A stretch of DNA of 28,884 bases from Octopus sinensis (Eukaryota): positions 1 to 28,884 of the forward strand of contig NW_021833199.1 in NCBI RefSeq assembly GCF_006345805.1, in the 5' to 3' direction. The translations under genes and the position numbers were made by a program. The notes under the pieces were generated by a model. It was not told where the DNA came from, searched no databases, and saw only the letters and a list, made by a program, of their open reading frames with translations. Shown one piece after another: positions 9,983-21,687 of the stretch. Numbering within the stretch: position 1 is the first letter of the stretch; each line of letters starts with the position of its first letter.

Positions 9983-10419
9983 ACAACAACAACAATAATA
10001 ATAATGAATAATTAACAGTTCAATGTTAACCTTTAGTAATGAGTCATAACATAAATTTATTGAAATACATCATCAACAAACAGGAACAATAATATCTATG
10101 TTATTTTGAAGGAAAAAATAAAAGCAAAAGAGAAATGTTTAAAATTCAATAATGAAATTGAAGTAATAATATAAACAACCATTTGAAAATTTTTTCTTCA
10201 TATTTGTTTAAAACCAGATTTTAGATTTTAAAAATTTCATTTATTTATGAATTTATTTATTAAACTACAAAGCAGATAGTGTTTTAGAATCTCCTGAAAA
10301 TTGCCAAATATATTAGCCACTATTACACAAACTTTACTTTCTTCAGGGCTTATTTCCAAAGAAATGCCTCTTTGTAGCAGTTCTCTTTGTAAAATATATT
10401 TCCTTACTATACTTTATAA

Positions 10420-10661
10420 GTGCAATATACAGCCCATAGTTAAGTTCCAGATTCGGTAATATTGCGAATAAGGGGTTCAAATGTTGGTTCTATGTCAGCG
10501 TGTGTATATATGAATTTTATTCTTATGAGATAAAAAAACAAGGCCTTGGTTTTTTTTATCTCATTACACAAAAAATTCATATATACACACGCTGACATAG
10601 AACCAACGTTGAACCCCTTATTCGCAATATTACCGAATCTGGAACTTACTATACTTTATAA
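10420..10661. repeat. ~210-bp spacerless palindrome flanked by a 17-bp direct repeat
   Basis: 10441-10480 is the exact reverse complement of 10609-10648; centre AGG|CCT at 10543/10544. CTTACTATACTTTATAA at 10403-10419 and 10645-10661. Confidence 0.92.
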
Positions 10662-11004
10662 ATTAGTTAAAAAAATAAAACATGTAGCCAGTTTATTTAT
10701 TTAATCTTCTAAACAGTTTGTTTATATTTGTCATAAAGTAAATGTCCATTATTTCTTTGATTGAAAGAGTGCCAAATCTTCTCACAGAACTCTCTTTGAA
10801 ACCCATAACTTTTGCAGGAATTCAACTTGAAATGCTTTCCTCACCATCACTTGACATTTTTTATTTTTTTTGGTTACAGTATTCCCCTCTAAAAAAAAAA
10901 TATAAAAAAGTAGGAGCATGGCCTCAGGCTCTGCCTAAAATCAGTAAAAGTAAAGTTCATTATAATAACAATAATATTTTTTAAATATCTCTATCATCAA
11001 GAGC

Positions 11005-11310
11005 GAGGACACATAGCGTGGTGGTTAAGGTGTTGCACTAACGATTGTGAGATTGTGGTTTCAATTCCTAGACCAGGCAGTGTGTTGTATTTTTGAGCAA
11101 AACACTTTATCTCAAGTTATTCTACAACCACTTTGATATAAAGTGTGTGATAGACTTTGTGCTTGTTCAGACAACATCAATTTGATGGCAGGAGCGAGCT
11201 AATTAATGCACAACGCATAATTTGATTGCTATAAACAAATCATTCGTGCCAGTCATTCAGCAAAAGCTGAACGCCCATACATCGTCTTCGATAGGAGAAT
11301 CCATTATTCA
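11005..11310 (+). mobile_element. Diverged tRNA-headed SINE (family E-like head and core)
   Basis: CATAGCGTGGTGGTTAAGG (A box), GGTTTCAATTCC (B box), TTGAGCAAAACACTTTATCTC core. Confidence 0.65.
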
Positions 11311-11689
11311 TTATTATAAAGAAAATTAGTCAAATTATTTCATATTCATATTTATTGTATTTCTATGAACTTTTTTGTTTTATTGAAATTAATTTTTTTT
11401 ACTAAAAATGCTTTCATTTATTTATTTATTTATTCATTTATTTCCACCAGTAAAGACATATAAACATATTTTATAATTTTTAGGAAATCTGTAGTCCATT
11501 TCTTTGAGATACACTGATGAACATTCTGAATATGTTAAATAAATTTTGGTCTTACAAGTGAGTAAAAGTATTGAAGAAAGAAGAATTTGTGAATCTTATT
11601 TCTCTTTTGTGTTTTTTTTTTATTTTGAGATTTGCATTTTTAATATATAGCAGGTGATGGGGATAATACACAAATGATGTTTAAGAAGT

Positions 11690-11691
<2 letters not shown>

Positions 11692-11721
<30 letters not shown>

Positions 11722-11756
11722 CATATACACACACACACACATATGTATACTATATA

Positions 11757-11788
<32 letters not shown>

Positions 11789-11918
11789 CATTAATTATAT
11801 GTACATGTATATATGTACATGAATATGTGTACATGTGTGATTGTATATATATATATATCATACATATATGTAAATACACACACACATAAACATGCACACA
11901 CACACACACACACACGCA

Positions 11919-11959
<41 letters not shown>

Positions 11960-11970
11960 CAACATACATA
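11692..11970. repeat. (TA)n/(CA)n compound microsatellite
   Basis: Directly visible. Confidence 0.9.
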
Positions 11971-12078
11971 TTCATAAATGAATTCATTTCAAAATTCTAT
12001 TCAAAAATGCCATTATTGCCAATATTGAGTTTCTTTTTAGAATCACCTTAATATGATATTGTTTCAATTCTTAGAGTG

Positions 12079-12360
12079 TCATCATCATCATTATCACTTA
12101 ATGTTTGCCTTCCATGCTGGCATGGGTGGGACGGTTTGACAGGAGCTGACCAGGCAGAAGCTTGCACCAGACTTCTGCAACTGTTTTGGCAGGATTTTTA
12201 GAGCTGGTTGCCCTTCCTAACACCAACCACTCAGCAGAGTGGATTTAGTGCTTTTTACATGGCACAAGCACAGGCAAGGTTTTTACAGCTGGATGCCCTT
12301 CCTAACACTAACCACTTTACAATGTGGACTGAGTGCTTTTAAGTGGCACCTGCACTGAGA
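12079..12360 (-). mobile_element. Older RTE-type 3' terminus with an internal ~85-bp tandem duplication
   Basis: (CAT)n...CCTTCCATGCTGGCATGGG...; the block GCAGG/GCAAGG-TTTTTA-AGCTGG-TGCCCTTCCTAACAC-AACCACT starts at 12189 and again at 12274. Confidence 0.75.
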
Positions 12361-12779
12361 GGGTCACCAACTACTTGCAAGACATAAAAAAACTTCTTTT
12401 GAGAGGAGAGGGAGCATTGTTGAAGATGTCGGATGATGAAAGTTTATAGTGAGACAGAGAGACAGAAACAGGTGTCTTGCTGTAGAGGAGGTACAAGGTT
12501 ACCCAGCTGGAGAGAGAGAGAGAGATCAGGAATGAAGACAGAAACAGGTACGCAAAGGAAATACATGGTTATCCAAACTGAGGGAAGTGCAGGAGAAGGA
12601 AAGAGAGAGAGAATGGGAGACAACGGGATAGAGATAGTGGCAAAATGCCAGGCATACTCACGGGGGACAGGGGTCAGAATATAAAAGGAATGGTTGAGTA
12701 AAGGAAGAGAGAGATGTAGATTGTGAAGGAAGCATGATTAAAGAGTATGGAGTGGGGAGTGAGTGACATAAACCTGGCT

Positions 12780-13296
12780 ATATATATAGAATCGGGTGGC
12801 TACTGAATAGCAATGATACAGAGGAACAGGGCCATGAGGACATGATTGGGGTGTGAGAGCGAGGTATAGTGTATGAAGAGGAAATGTGAGGAAGAGAAGA
12901 GATGTGGAGATGTAGATTAGTTTGTTGGGGTAAGGTGTGTGAAAATTTTTCCTGTTACATGTGGGTTTGTTTGTTTGTTGAACGAAGCAGTCTTCTGAGA
13001 AGTCTGAAATGTGGTCCTCTGCTATTCGTAAGACCTGCAGAAGAGAAAGCAGTTCAACCCCTGACACCGAGAGTATCAACGGATGGATGAATGCGCATCC
13101 AGGCTCAGCGGTTGTGTAGGAAGTTGGGGACAAGAAACAGGAAGAAAGAGCGAGAGAAAGTTGGGATGAAAGAGTACAACAGGGGTCGCCACCACCCCCT
13201 GCTGGAGCCTCGTGGAGCTTTAGGTGTTTTAACTCAATAAACACACACAACGCCCAGTCTGGGAATCGAAACCACTGGGCCATTGCGCCTCCTACA
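12780..13296 (-). mobile_element. Family A tRNA-headed element with long body; 34-bp deletion in the head
   Basis: 13115-13296 aligns with 1-207 apart from loss of the segment equivalent to 151-184 at an AAC microhomology. The body continues leftwards; its 3' boundary is unclear. Confidence 0.7.
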
Positions 13297-13324
13297 TGTG
13301 GATGGAACACGCAGGTCAAAAACT

Positions 13325-13540
13325 AGCAGAGAGCAATGATACAAGAGGCCAAGAGGACAGGATTAGGGAGTGGGAGGCAAGCATTGTGCATGAAGTGGAA
13401 ATGCGAGGAAGAGAAGAAATGTAGAGATGTAGTTTGGTTTGTTGTGGTAGAGTGTGTGAGAAGTTTTCTTGTTAAGCGTGGGTGGGGTATACAGTGCTTC
13501 TAGAACTCAGTTTAACTGATGTGGGTGGATCTTCTCAAGA
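13325..13540 (-). mobile_element. Diverged second fragment of the family A body
   Basis: GCAATGATACA...GGAAATG-GAGGAAGAGAAGA-ATGT-GAGATGTAG...GTGTGTGA-AA-TTTT is colinear with ~12805-13010. Confidence 0.55.
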
Positions 13541-13583
13541 GCCTCATATCAGCAGACATCTCGGTCCATATTATATATATATA

Positions 13584-14620
13584 TCATCATCATCATCATC
13601 ACTTAATGTCCACCTTCCATGATGGCATGGGTGGGATGGTTTGTCAGGAGCTGGCCAGGCCGAAGCCTGCACCAGACTTCTGTAACTGTTTTGGCAGGAA
13701 TTTTTACAGCTGGATGCCCTTACTAACACCAATCATCTTGGTCCATTGTCATTTCCTTCATGAGGCCCAACATCCTAAGAACGGTCCTTACCACTTCATC
13801 CCACGTCTTCCTGGGTCTTTCTTTTCTGCAGGTACCCTCCACTTTCATTGATCAGTACTTCTTTATGCAGCTGTCCTCATTCATACGCACCACATGTCCA
13901 AACTGACATAGTCTTCTCTCTTATATCCTACATTTGATTCCTCTTACATCCAACTTTTCTCTCAATACATTTGCACTTTGTCATACATGCACACTGATGT
14001 TGTACATCCAATGGAGCATACTACCTTCATTTCCCTCCAGTCTATGCATGTCTTCTGCATTCAGAGCCCATGTCTCACTTCCATGGAGTATAGCCATACA
14101 TAAACAAGCATCATATAGTCTACCTTTCACTCTGAGAGAGGGTCTTTTTGTCACCAACAGAGGTAATAGCTCTCTGAACTTCCTCCACCAAATTCTTATT
14201 CTAAAAATACTTTCAGAGCATCCTCCACCATTGCTAATTTGGACACCTAGGTAACAGAAATTATCTACAACCTCAAGGGAGCCTCCTGGGCATTTGGGAG
14301 GATCTAAGTCCCATGTGCTCTTAGTGCTTATTGTTCCTGCACATCTACCACATACAAAGATGATTTTATCTATGATTCCACTGCACCTCTTATGTGTCCA
14401 TAGTTTACACTGGGTGCAGTGAATGGAATTTCTTCCAACTCCTTTCCTACATGTTGAGCAGGGCCTGATGATAAGTGAGTTACTTTGGTCTTTGTTAGGT
14501 TAACTTTAAGGCCCTTTGATTCCAGGTTTTGCTTCCTGAAATTTCTTCTCCAATTCTGCTAAAGATTTTTACAATAAGAGCAAGGTCATCAGCATAAAGC
14601 AGTTCCCATGGGTACCCAAT
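13584..14620 (-). mobile_element. Older 5'-truncated RTE family-1 relative (RT from just before YADD to the tail), decayed
   Basis: Minus-strand translation gives GYPWELLYADDLALI, PCSTCRKGVGRNSIHCTQCKLWTHKRCSG...FVCGRC, NFCYLG, KFRELLPLLVTK, LHGSETWAL, with stops and frameshifts. It ends in the family terminal segment and (GAT)n, without the minisatellite. Confidence 0.9.
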
Positions 14621-14854
14621 TTTGGTAGAAATGATTACAGTTGAAGCAGCGGATACTTATTTTTTCCTTGCTTTTAATAAAAACATAGAATTTCTTTCTC
14701 TTATTTTTCATTTGTTACAACTTGATTATTTTTCTTTTTGGAATTAATTTTCTTCTTGAAGAATATATTTGTTTAGTTTCCATGTGCTCCTTTCTTCAAA
14801 CTCTGCATAAAAATTCAAATGATATTGCAAAATACACACAAGTGCATGTGCCCT

Positions 14855-14950
14855 TGCACACACACACACACAGACGCACGCATGTGTGTGCACACACACA
14901 TACATGCACACACACACAGACACACACACACACACACACATACACACATA
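14855..14950. repeat. (CA)n microsatellite
   Basis: Directly visible. Confidence 0.9.
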
Positions 14951-15344
14951 AATCCAGGGGTCAAACTTTGAGATTTTAATAAAGAAATGAACGAAACTAA
15001 ATCTTCAATTTATTTTTGTTAGCACTGAGAAAAAGATGGAATATCCATTTTTAATTTTATTTCCTTTTTGGTATAAAATAATAAAGACAAACGCATAGAC
15101 TGATGGCATAGCCTTAAATTATGTCCCTTAATTTATGCATTTCCATAGTCTGTAACAGCTGTTTTCCCCTAGTTTAGAAATGACTATGTACCAATATACA
15201 CTGGTCTATAAACACACTTTTTTATTCTTAGTGTAACAAAAAAAGCCATGCATCTAATGTGATCCTATTAAGGATAGGATTATGTGTATGATGATATATT
15301 AAATTTGTTTTTTCCACAAAATACACATTTTTTTCCACACTGAC

Positions 15345-15500
15345 TGGTAAGAAGTTTGCTTCTCAAATGCATGGCTCTGGGTTCAGTCCTACTACATAGT
15401 ACCTGGGGCAAGTGTCTTCTATTATAGCCTTGGGCTGACCAAAGTTTTGTGAGTGGATTTGGTAGATGGAAACTGAAAGAAGCTCGTCACATATATATAC
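15345..15500 (+). mobile_element. 5' half of a family C SINE
   Basis: TGGTAAGAAGTTTGCTT...GGGTTCAGTCC...GGCAAGTGTCTTCTATTATAGCC...GTGAGTGGATTTGGTAGATGGAAACTGAAAGAAG, ending at (TA)n. Confidence 0.8.
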
Positions 15501-15645
15501 ACACCTGAGTAAGCACATAAATGTGAAACATGGTGGAAAAAAGAGTACTCAAATACCAGAGGTAGAGTAATATGCTTTATTTAAAAGCAGCAGAAATATA
15601 ACAAAAGCTGTTACTCAGAGTTTCATGTTCCTGATTGTCCTGACT

Positions 15646-16226
15646 AAAACACTGATAATAACTACAGAAATCAAACGTCTGAGAGCAAATGGGTGAAGAC
15701 AATATTTCAGCATACATTCAAGTATTTGGACTCACATAGACCAGTTTCTGGATATGCATTATAGCCTAATCTCCCTCAGCATGAGTTATCATGATAAAAA
15801 ACACCAACCTGTCACATTGAAGTCTGCGCTGCAACTGATTTGAATGTCCTTTGATTGATATAAATTCTAGTCCTTCAGCTATGTAATGCTGTCCTGGGCC
15901 TGCAATTGCCTATATTATTGATTCTGCTATTATCATTTTTAATTGTTACACTAGATAATAACAGAGTCAATATTATCTTCACAAATATTTTCTCCTGAAT
16001 TATTTGCTCCATATTGAAATTATTTTCGCAATGGTGACTGCTATGATTTGGCACAAAAGAACTCAGTTGCACTGCAGCTTGGTTACACATGCTGAGGAAG
16101 GTTAGGCTATAATGCCAATCCAGAAACTGGTCTACGGGAGTTCAACTACTTGAATGTATGTTCAAAGGTTGTCATGACCCGTTTGCTTGCAGGTGGTTGA
16201 TTTCTGTAGTTATCATCAGTTGTTTT
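15646..16226. repeat. Diverged ~140-bp inverted repeat pair (15646-15790 and 16081-16226) with ~290-bp spacer
   Basis: The left arm is colinear with the reverse complement of the right arm; hand count about 21 substitutions and one gap over ~138 nt. Confidence 0.85.
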
Positions 16227-16314
16227 CGGTGATTTAAATAAGAGTTTTGACTTTATTTCCAGCAGGTAGACACACTTAATATATCCTTTGATTAATATAT
16301 ATATATATATATAT

Positions 16315-16556
16315 ATCACCGTGACCGACCAGGCTATCAGTTGTTGCTACACATCGCTGGTCACAATGTGCTTCACATTGTTTTAGCCTTCTAATGATGC
16401 CACCTCGCTGGCTAAGTGAGCAGGCTAACAGAAGAAAGACTACAGCAGGGATTGCCACCACCCCCTGCCAGAGCCTCTCACAATGCCCAGTCTGGGAATC
16501 AACCGCGATCCTACAACTGCGAGTCTGCTGCCCTAACCACTGGGGCATTGCGCCTC

Positions 16557-16560
<4 letters not shown>
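16315..16560 (-). mobile_element. Short SINE: family A head joined to a different tail, lying in (TA)n
   Basis: Head and first body block match 47-207. The tail (...CATTGTGACCAGCGATGTGTAGCAACAACTGATAGCCTGGTCGGTCACGGTGAT) differs. (TA)n at 16295-16316 and 16562-16635. Confidence 0.8.
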
Positions 16561-16640
<80 letters not shown>

Positions 16641-16854
16641 AATATATATATGTATGTATGTATGTGTATATATATAAAATAGTGTACATTTAAACACAAG
16701 AGAAGACTGCCTTTAACAGGTAATTTTTACATGCTAGAAGAAGCAGTCAAAACGACCAAAGCCACATTTAAAAGCAATCTTCAAAAGAAATGAAAAATAA
16801 AAACTTTTACCTTGTTATTTATGTATATATATATGTATATATATATATATATGT

Positions 16855-17732
16855 CTGTGCATACCTTCCTCCTTGTGATACTTGTGAAGGCCTGTTGAGG
16901 CAAGTGAAAATCAAAATGAAATCAAAATAAATCAAATCAAATCAAATCAAAACAAATCAAAATAGATGAACATTAATGGAATTGTATCTTGTGGTACCAG
17001 TGCCGGTGGCACACAAGAAAACCATCCGAATGTGGCCGTAGCCAGTACCGCACCGACTGGCCTCCATGCTGTGGGCACGTAACAAACACCATCCGATCGT
17101 GGCCGTTCGCCAGCCTCATCTGGCACCTGTGTCGGTGGCACATAAAAACACCATCCGAAGACCCGGCAAGACTAGTCAGGCCATAACCTGTGGCCCCTAC
17201 CTGGGACGTAGTCAGTCCACCTGTGCATACCTTCCTTCTTGTGACACTTGTGAAGACCTGTTGAGGCAAGTGAAAATCAAATCAAATCAAAACAAATCAA
17301 AATAGATGAACATCAATGGAATTTGTATCTTTGTAGTACCAGTGCCGGTGGCACGTGGCACACAAGAAAACCATCCGAACGTGGCCGTAGCCAGTACCGC
17401 ATCGACTGGCCTCCATGCTGTGGGCACGTAACAAACACCATCCGATCGTGGCCGTTTGCCAGCCTCATCTGGCACCTGTGTCGGTGGCACATAAAAACAC
17501 CATCCGAGCGTGGCCGTCTGCCAGCCTCGTCTGGCACCTGTGTCGGTGGCACATAAAATCACCCACTACACTCTCGGAGTGGTTGGCGTTAGGAAGGGCA
17601 TCCAGCTGTAGAAACACTGCCAGATCTGACTGGACTGGTGCAGCTTTCGGGCTCCCCAGACCCCAGTTGAACCGTCCAACCCATGCTAGCATGGAAAGCG
17701 GACGTTAAATGATGATGATGATGATGATGATG
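16855..17732 (+). mobile_element. RTE family-1 3' UTR with internal partial duplication (16855-17157 duplicates ~17221-17515)
   Basis: 17157 GAAGACCCGGCAAGACTAG equals the last codons of the RTE ORF (EKTRQD*). It is followed by an (AAATC)n spacer, minisatellite units, the terminal segment and (GAT)n. Confidence 0.88.
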
Positions 17733-17960
17733 CATATATATATGTATGTATATATATATGTGTATATATGTGTATATATATGTGTATATATGTGTATATA
17801 TATATATATATATGTGTGTATATATATATATATATATTATATATATGTATATATATGTATATATATATATATATATATATACACTATATATTATATATAT
17901 ATACTATATATCATATATACGTATGTATGTATGTATGTATTAAGTGTGTATGTATGTATA
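17733..17960. repeat. TA-rich compound microsatellite
   Basis: Directly visible. Confidence 0.9.
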
Positions 17961-18200
17961 TATCTATGTGTGTGTGTCTTTGTGTCCGTTTGTCTCTCAC
18001 CACTGTTTGACAACCGGTGTTGGTGTATTTACATCCATGTAACTTAGAAGTTCGGCAAAATATATCGACAGAATAAGTACCAGGCTTAGAAAAGTACTGG
18101 GGTTCGATTCCTTCAACTAAAACTTCTTCAAGGCAGCACATCAGCATGGCGTCAGCCTGACGACTGAAAGAACAAAGAGGTAAAACATAAATGATAAAAA
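17960..18200 (+). mobile_element. 3' half of a family C SINE
   Basis: TGTGTCTTTGTGTC...TTGACAACCGGTGTTGGTG...TTCGGCAAAA...GAATAAGTACCAGGCTT...GTACTGGGGTTCGATT...CAGCATGGC, colinear with 25870-26092. Confidence 0.75.
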
Positions 18201-18281
18201 GTAGGGGGGGGTTGCCTTTTGTGAGAGTGTGTCTTATACACAGATAAATATAGTATTAAAAGAGTCTTTTCCAGATGATGG

Positions 18282-18796
18282 AAAGGGTATGGCCTGGTCA
18301 GCCTGTAATGACATGCATAAGATCTGGTCATCAAATCTAAGTAGAGACTTCAAACTTGAAATCTTCAAAGCCACAGTCAAACCAATTCTACTATATGGCT
18401 CAGAAACCTGGACGTTATTAAAGACACTTGAGAGGTGGTTGGATGGAACTTACACTCGCCTCCTTATGGGAGCTCAAAATCTCTTGTGGAAGTGTCATCC
18501 AACCAAAGTACAAATATATGGGAAATTACCACCTGTATCATCTCTTGTGAAAAATAGAAGAGTCCAGTTTGCTGGACATTGTTGTAGAGCTGAAAATGAG
18601 GTAATTTCTACTCTTCTCCTCTAGAAGCCATCTGCTCGCGATACCAGAGGGCACACACTCTCCTACCCTGATGTAATCTCCAGGGATACAAGCATCCAGC
18701 AACATGACCTCCGTAATGCTATGATGGACCGTGAGGTCTGGCGTAACATAGTAAATTCCATTGTCTCGAACACGGTCGAACAATGATGATGATGAT
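18282..18796 (+). mobile_element. 5'-truncated RTE-clade LINE, family 2 (ORF C-terminus, one premature stop)
   Basis: KGMAWSACNDMHKIWSSNLSRDFKLEIFKATVKPILLYGSETWTL...RRVQFAGHCCR...LLL*KP...AMMDREVWRNIV. TAG at 18622 is where W is expected. The in-frame final TGA (18784) is the first unit of the (TGA)n tail. Confidence 0.88.
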
Positions 18797-19214
18797 TCAT
18801 TAAAAATTAAAACAAGAAATTAATGTTTCTCAAAATATATTTGGAAAGAAACATATTTTGGTCAATACTTATATTATTATAATGGCATTTTATAGAGTTG
18901 TGTGTGTGGGGGTGGGTGGGCGGAGACTCCCCCTTTCCACTATGGATACACAACGGAATTGGCAGAAGCCATAAAACAATTTGCTGAACTTTAATGATTT
19001 ATAAGTATTTACGTTCCTTGAAATCGTCTTAGATTTTTTCGTTATTACAATTAGACGTTATAATGGGAAAAGACCAAAACTATCTCTGTGTTTGAAAATG
19101 AAATCCCACTTGGGTTAATCTTTTTATCTTTCACCTTCCAAAAAGTTGATATAAAAATAAGAATCAACTGTTACATGAATGCTGACTCAATTTATTTCCC
19201 CCCACACTCGCCCC

Positions 19215-19268
19215 TTCACCACCACCGCCACCACCACCACCACCACCACCACCACCACCACCACCACC
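19215..19268. repeat. (CCA)n microsatellite
   Basis: Directly visible. Confidence 0.9.
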
Positions 19269-19723
19269 CGGTCTCCTCAAATATTGGCTTTGCGCCTTGT
19301 CATAACAAATATCATTGTAATGACTTTTGAGTGATTTGTTGCTATGGGAAATATTTTTCAGGGTTTCTTTTACCATTGATTCATTTTTTGTATATATATA
19401 TATATATTCTTTATTTTTACTGCAATTTTTTAAAGAAAAAAATATTCATTATGTTTTTATTTTATACCCCTGGAAAAAAAAACATTTTTTTCTTATTTGT
19501 AAATACGCTTTTGTTGATTTGCCATGTGTTTAATTTTTAGAGAGAACATGGGGGTTTCTATAAAGGATAAAGTATTCATTATGTACTCAAGAAATGGTGA
19601 AGAATTGTTGATAATTTCATTCAAATTCTGCTAATTATGAGACATATGGATATAAAACAAAAACATTCTGTCATCTGCGATATCAAGTAACTATAATAAT
19701 TAATTATAATTGACAATAAATAT

Positions 19724-20167
19724 CTGTGTCGGTGGCACATAAAAACCACCAACCGATCATGGCTGTTGCCAGCCTCTCCTGGCAACTGTGCCGGTGGCAC
19801 GTAAAATGCACCATCCGTAATTGGTCGATGCCAGCGCCACCTTGACTGGTTTCCGTGCTGGTGGCACGTAAAATGCACCATCCGTAATTGGTCGATGCCA
19901 GCGCCACCTTGACCGGTTTCCGTGCTGGTGGCACGTAAAAAGCACCAACTGATCGTGGCCGTTGCCAGCCTCCCCTGGCACGTAAAAAGCACCCACTACA
20001 CTCTCGGAGTGGTTGGCGTTAGGAAGGGCATCCAGCTGTAGAAACACTGCTAGATCAGACTGGAGCCTGGTGCAGCCTCCTGGCTTCCCAGACCCCGGTC
20101 GAACCGTCCAACCCGTGCTAGCATGGAAAACGGACGTTAAACGATGATGATAATGATGATGATGATG
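19724..20167 (+). mobile_element. 5'-truncated RTE family-1 3' UTR with ~4 minisatellite units
   Basis: Units anchored on GGTGGCACGTAAAA(T/A)GCACC, then CCCACTACACTCTCGGAGTGGTTGGCG...GGACGTTAAAC(GAT)n. Confidence 0.88.
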
Positions 20168-20607
20168 AATAACAATAATGATAATAATAAAATTCCTTTA
20201 AAAAAATAAAACAAAAATAATTTTTGAACAGCAGTATTCTTCTTTCTTTTATCATTTGAAAAAAATGCTTTCTGTTTTATTTTTTGTTTTGTTTTGTTTT
20301 TTTTTTTTCAAATAATTTGCATTGATTTGAATTAGTCATGTACAAATTGTGGCTCATGGGACTTTCTGAATTGCGCATCTAAAGAAAATTTACCTTGTGT
20401 TTTTTTATAAAGTAGTGTGGCCTTACCTGATGATGAACTATATTCTCATGTGACCCACTTCTTGAAAAATATTTCCCATTCCTAATTTAGGGAGGCATAA
20501 TCACTGAAATACTGACTACAAGTTCAACCTCTTAATTGTAAGAGTTTACATCGTTCTGTAAATAAAAGCACAAATAGATCTATTATTGATTATGATATTT
20601 CTATCTG

Positions 20608-20700
20608 CTAACACCACAACCACACAAACCACTCCACACATCACCACCACCACCACCACCACCACCACAAACACAACCACCACATGCTACCACTGCTACC
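20608..20700. repeat. CAC/ACC-rich degenerate microsatellite
   Basis: Directly visible. Confidence 0.75.
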
Positions 20701-20937
20701 ATTAATATCATTTCCTTGTGGTATTTGTTCTAGTTCTTTGTGTTTTGAGTTCAATTTTCTCAGTATGGCCTACTTGGGTTGTAAACCATGAGTGCCTTTA
20801 GCAATATCCACTCTGTTGCAAGCATTCTGGCCAGGCTTCCAGCTTGAGTATAAATCCCCTCTCCACCTCCAAATCTCAGAGGACCCATAATGGGGCAGAG
20901 AAACTGTCTTCTTTCCCAACCAAAAAACAAAAACATA

Positions 20938-21005
20938 GATTAGATTAGATAGATAGATAGATAGATATGTATATAGATATGTATATAGATAGATAGATAG
21001 ATAAT

Positions 21006-21056
<51 letters not shown>

Positions 21057-21061
21057 TGTAT

Positions 21062-21092
<31 letters not shown>

Positions 21093-21093
21093 T

Positions 21094-21136
<43 letters not shown>

Positions 21137-21141
21137 TGTAT

Positions 21142-21172
<31 letters not shown>
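20938..21172. repeat. (GATA)n with interspersed GATATGTATATA variant units
   Basis: Directly visible. Confidence 0.92.

Positions 21173-21685
<513 letters not shown>

Positions 21686-21687
<2 letters not shown>

Noticed and set aside
10240-10860. Protein-like minus-strand frames either side of the palindrome (RKYILQRELLQRGISLEIS...; MGFKESSVRRFGTLS...)
   Set aside because: They are short, interrupted by stops, lack convincing splice sites and have no recognisable family.
15608-15645. Second hammerhead-like motif on the minus strand (GAAA-CTC-T-GAG-TA-ACAG)
   Set aside because: The 3' half fits, but the CUGANGA core (CAGGACA here) and stem II are too degenerate to support a call.
20763-20935. 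GC-richer island after a TTTTCTCAG acceptor-like site
   Set aside because: All three plus frames stop within ~40 nt and no donor was found. The minus-strand ORFs are mostly GATA-repeat translation.
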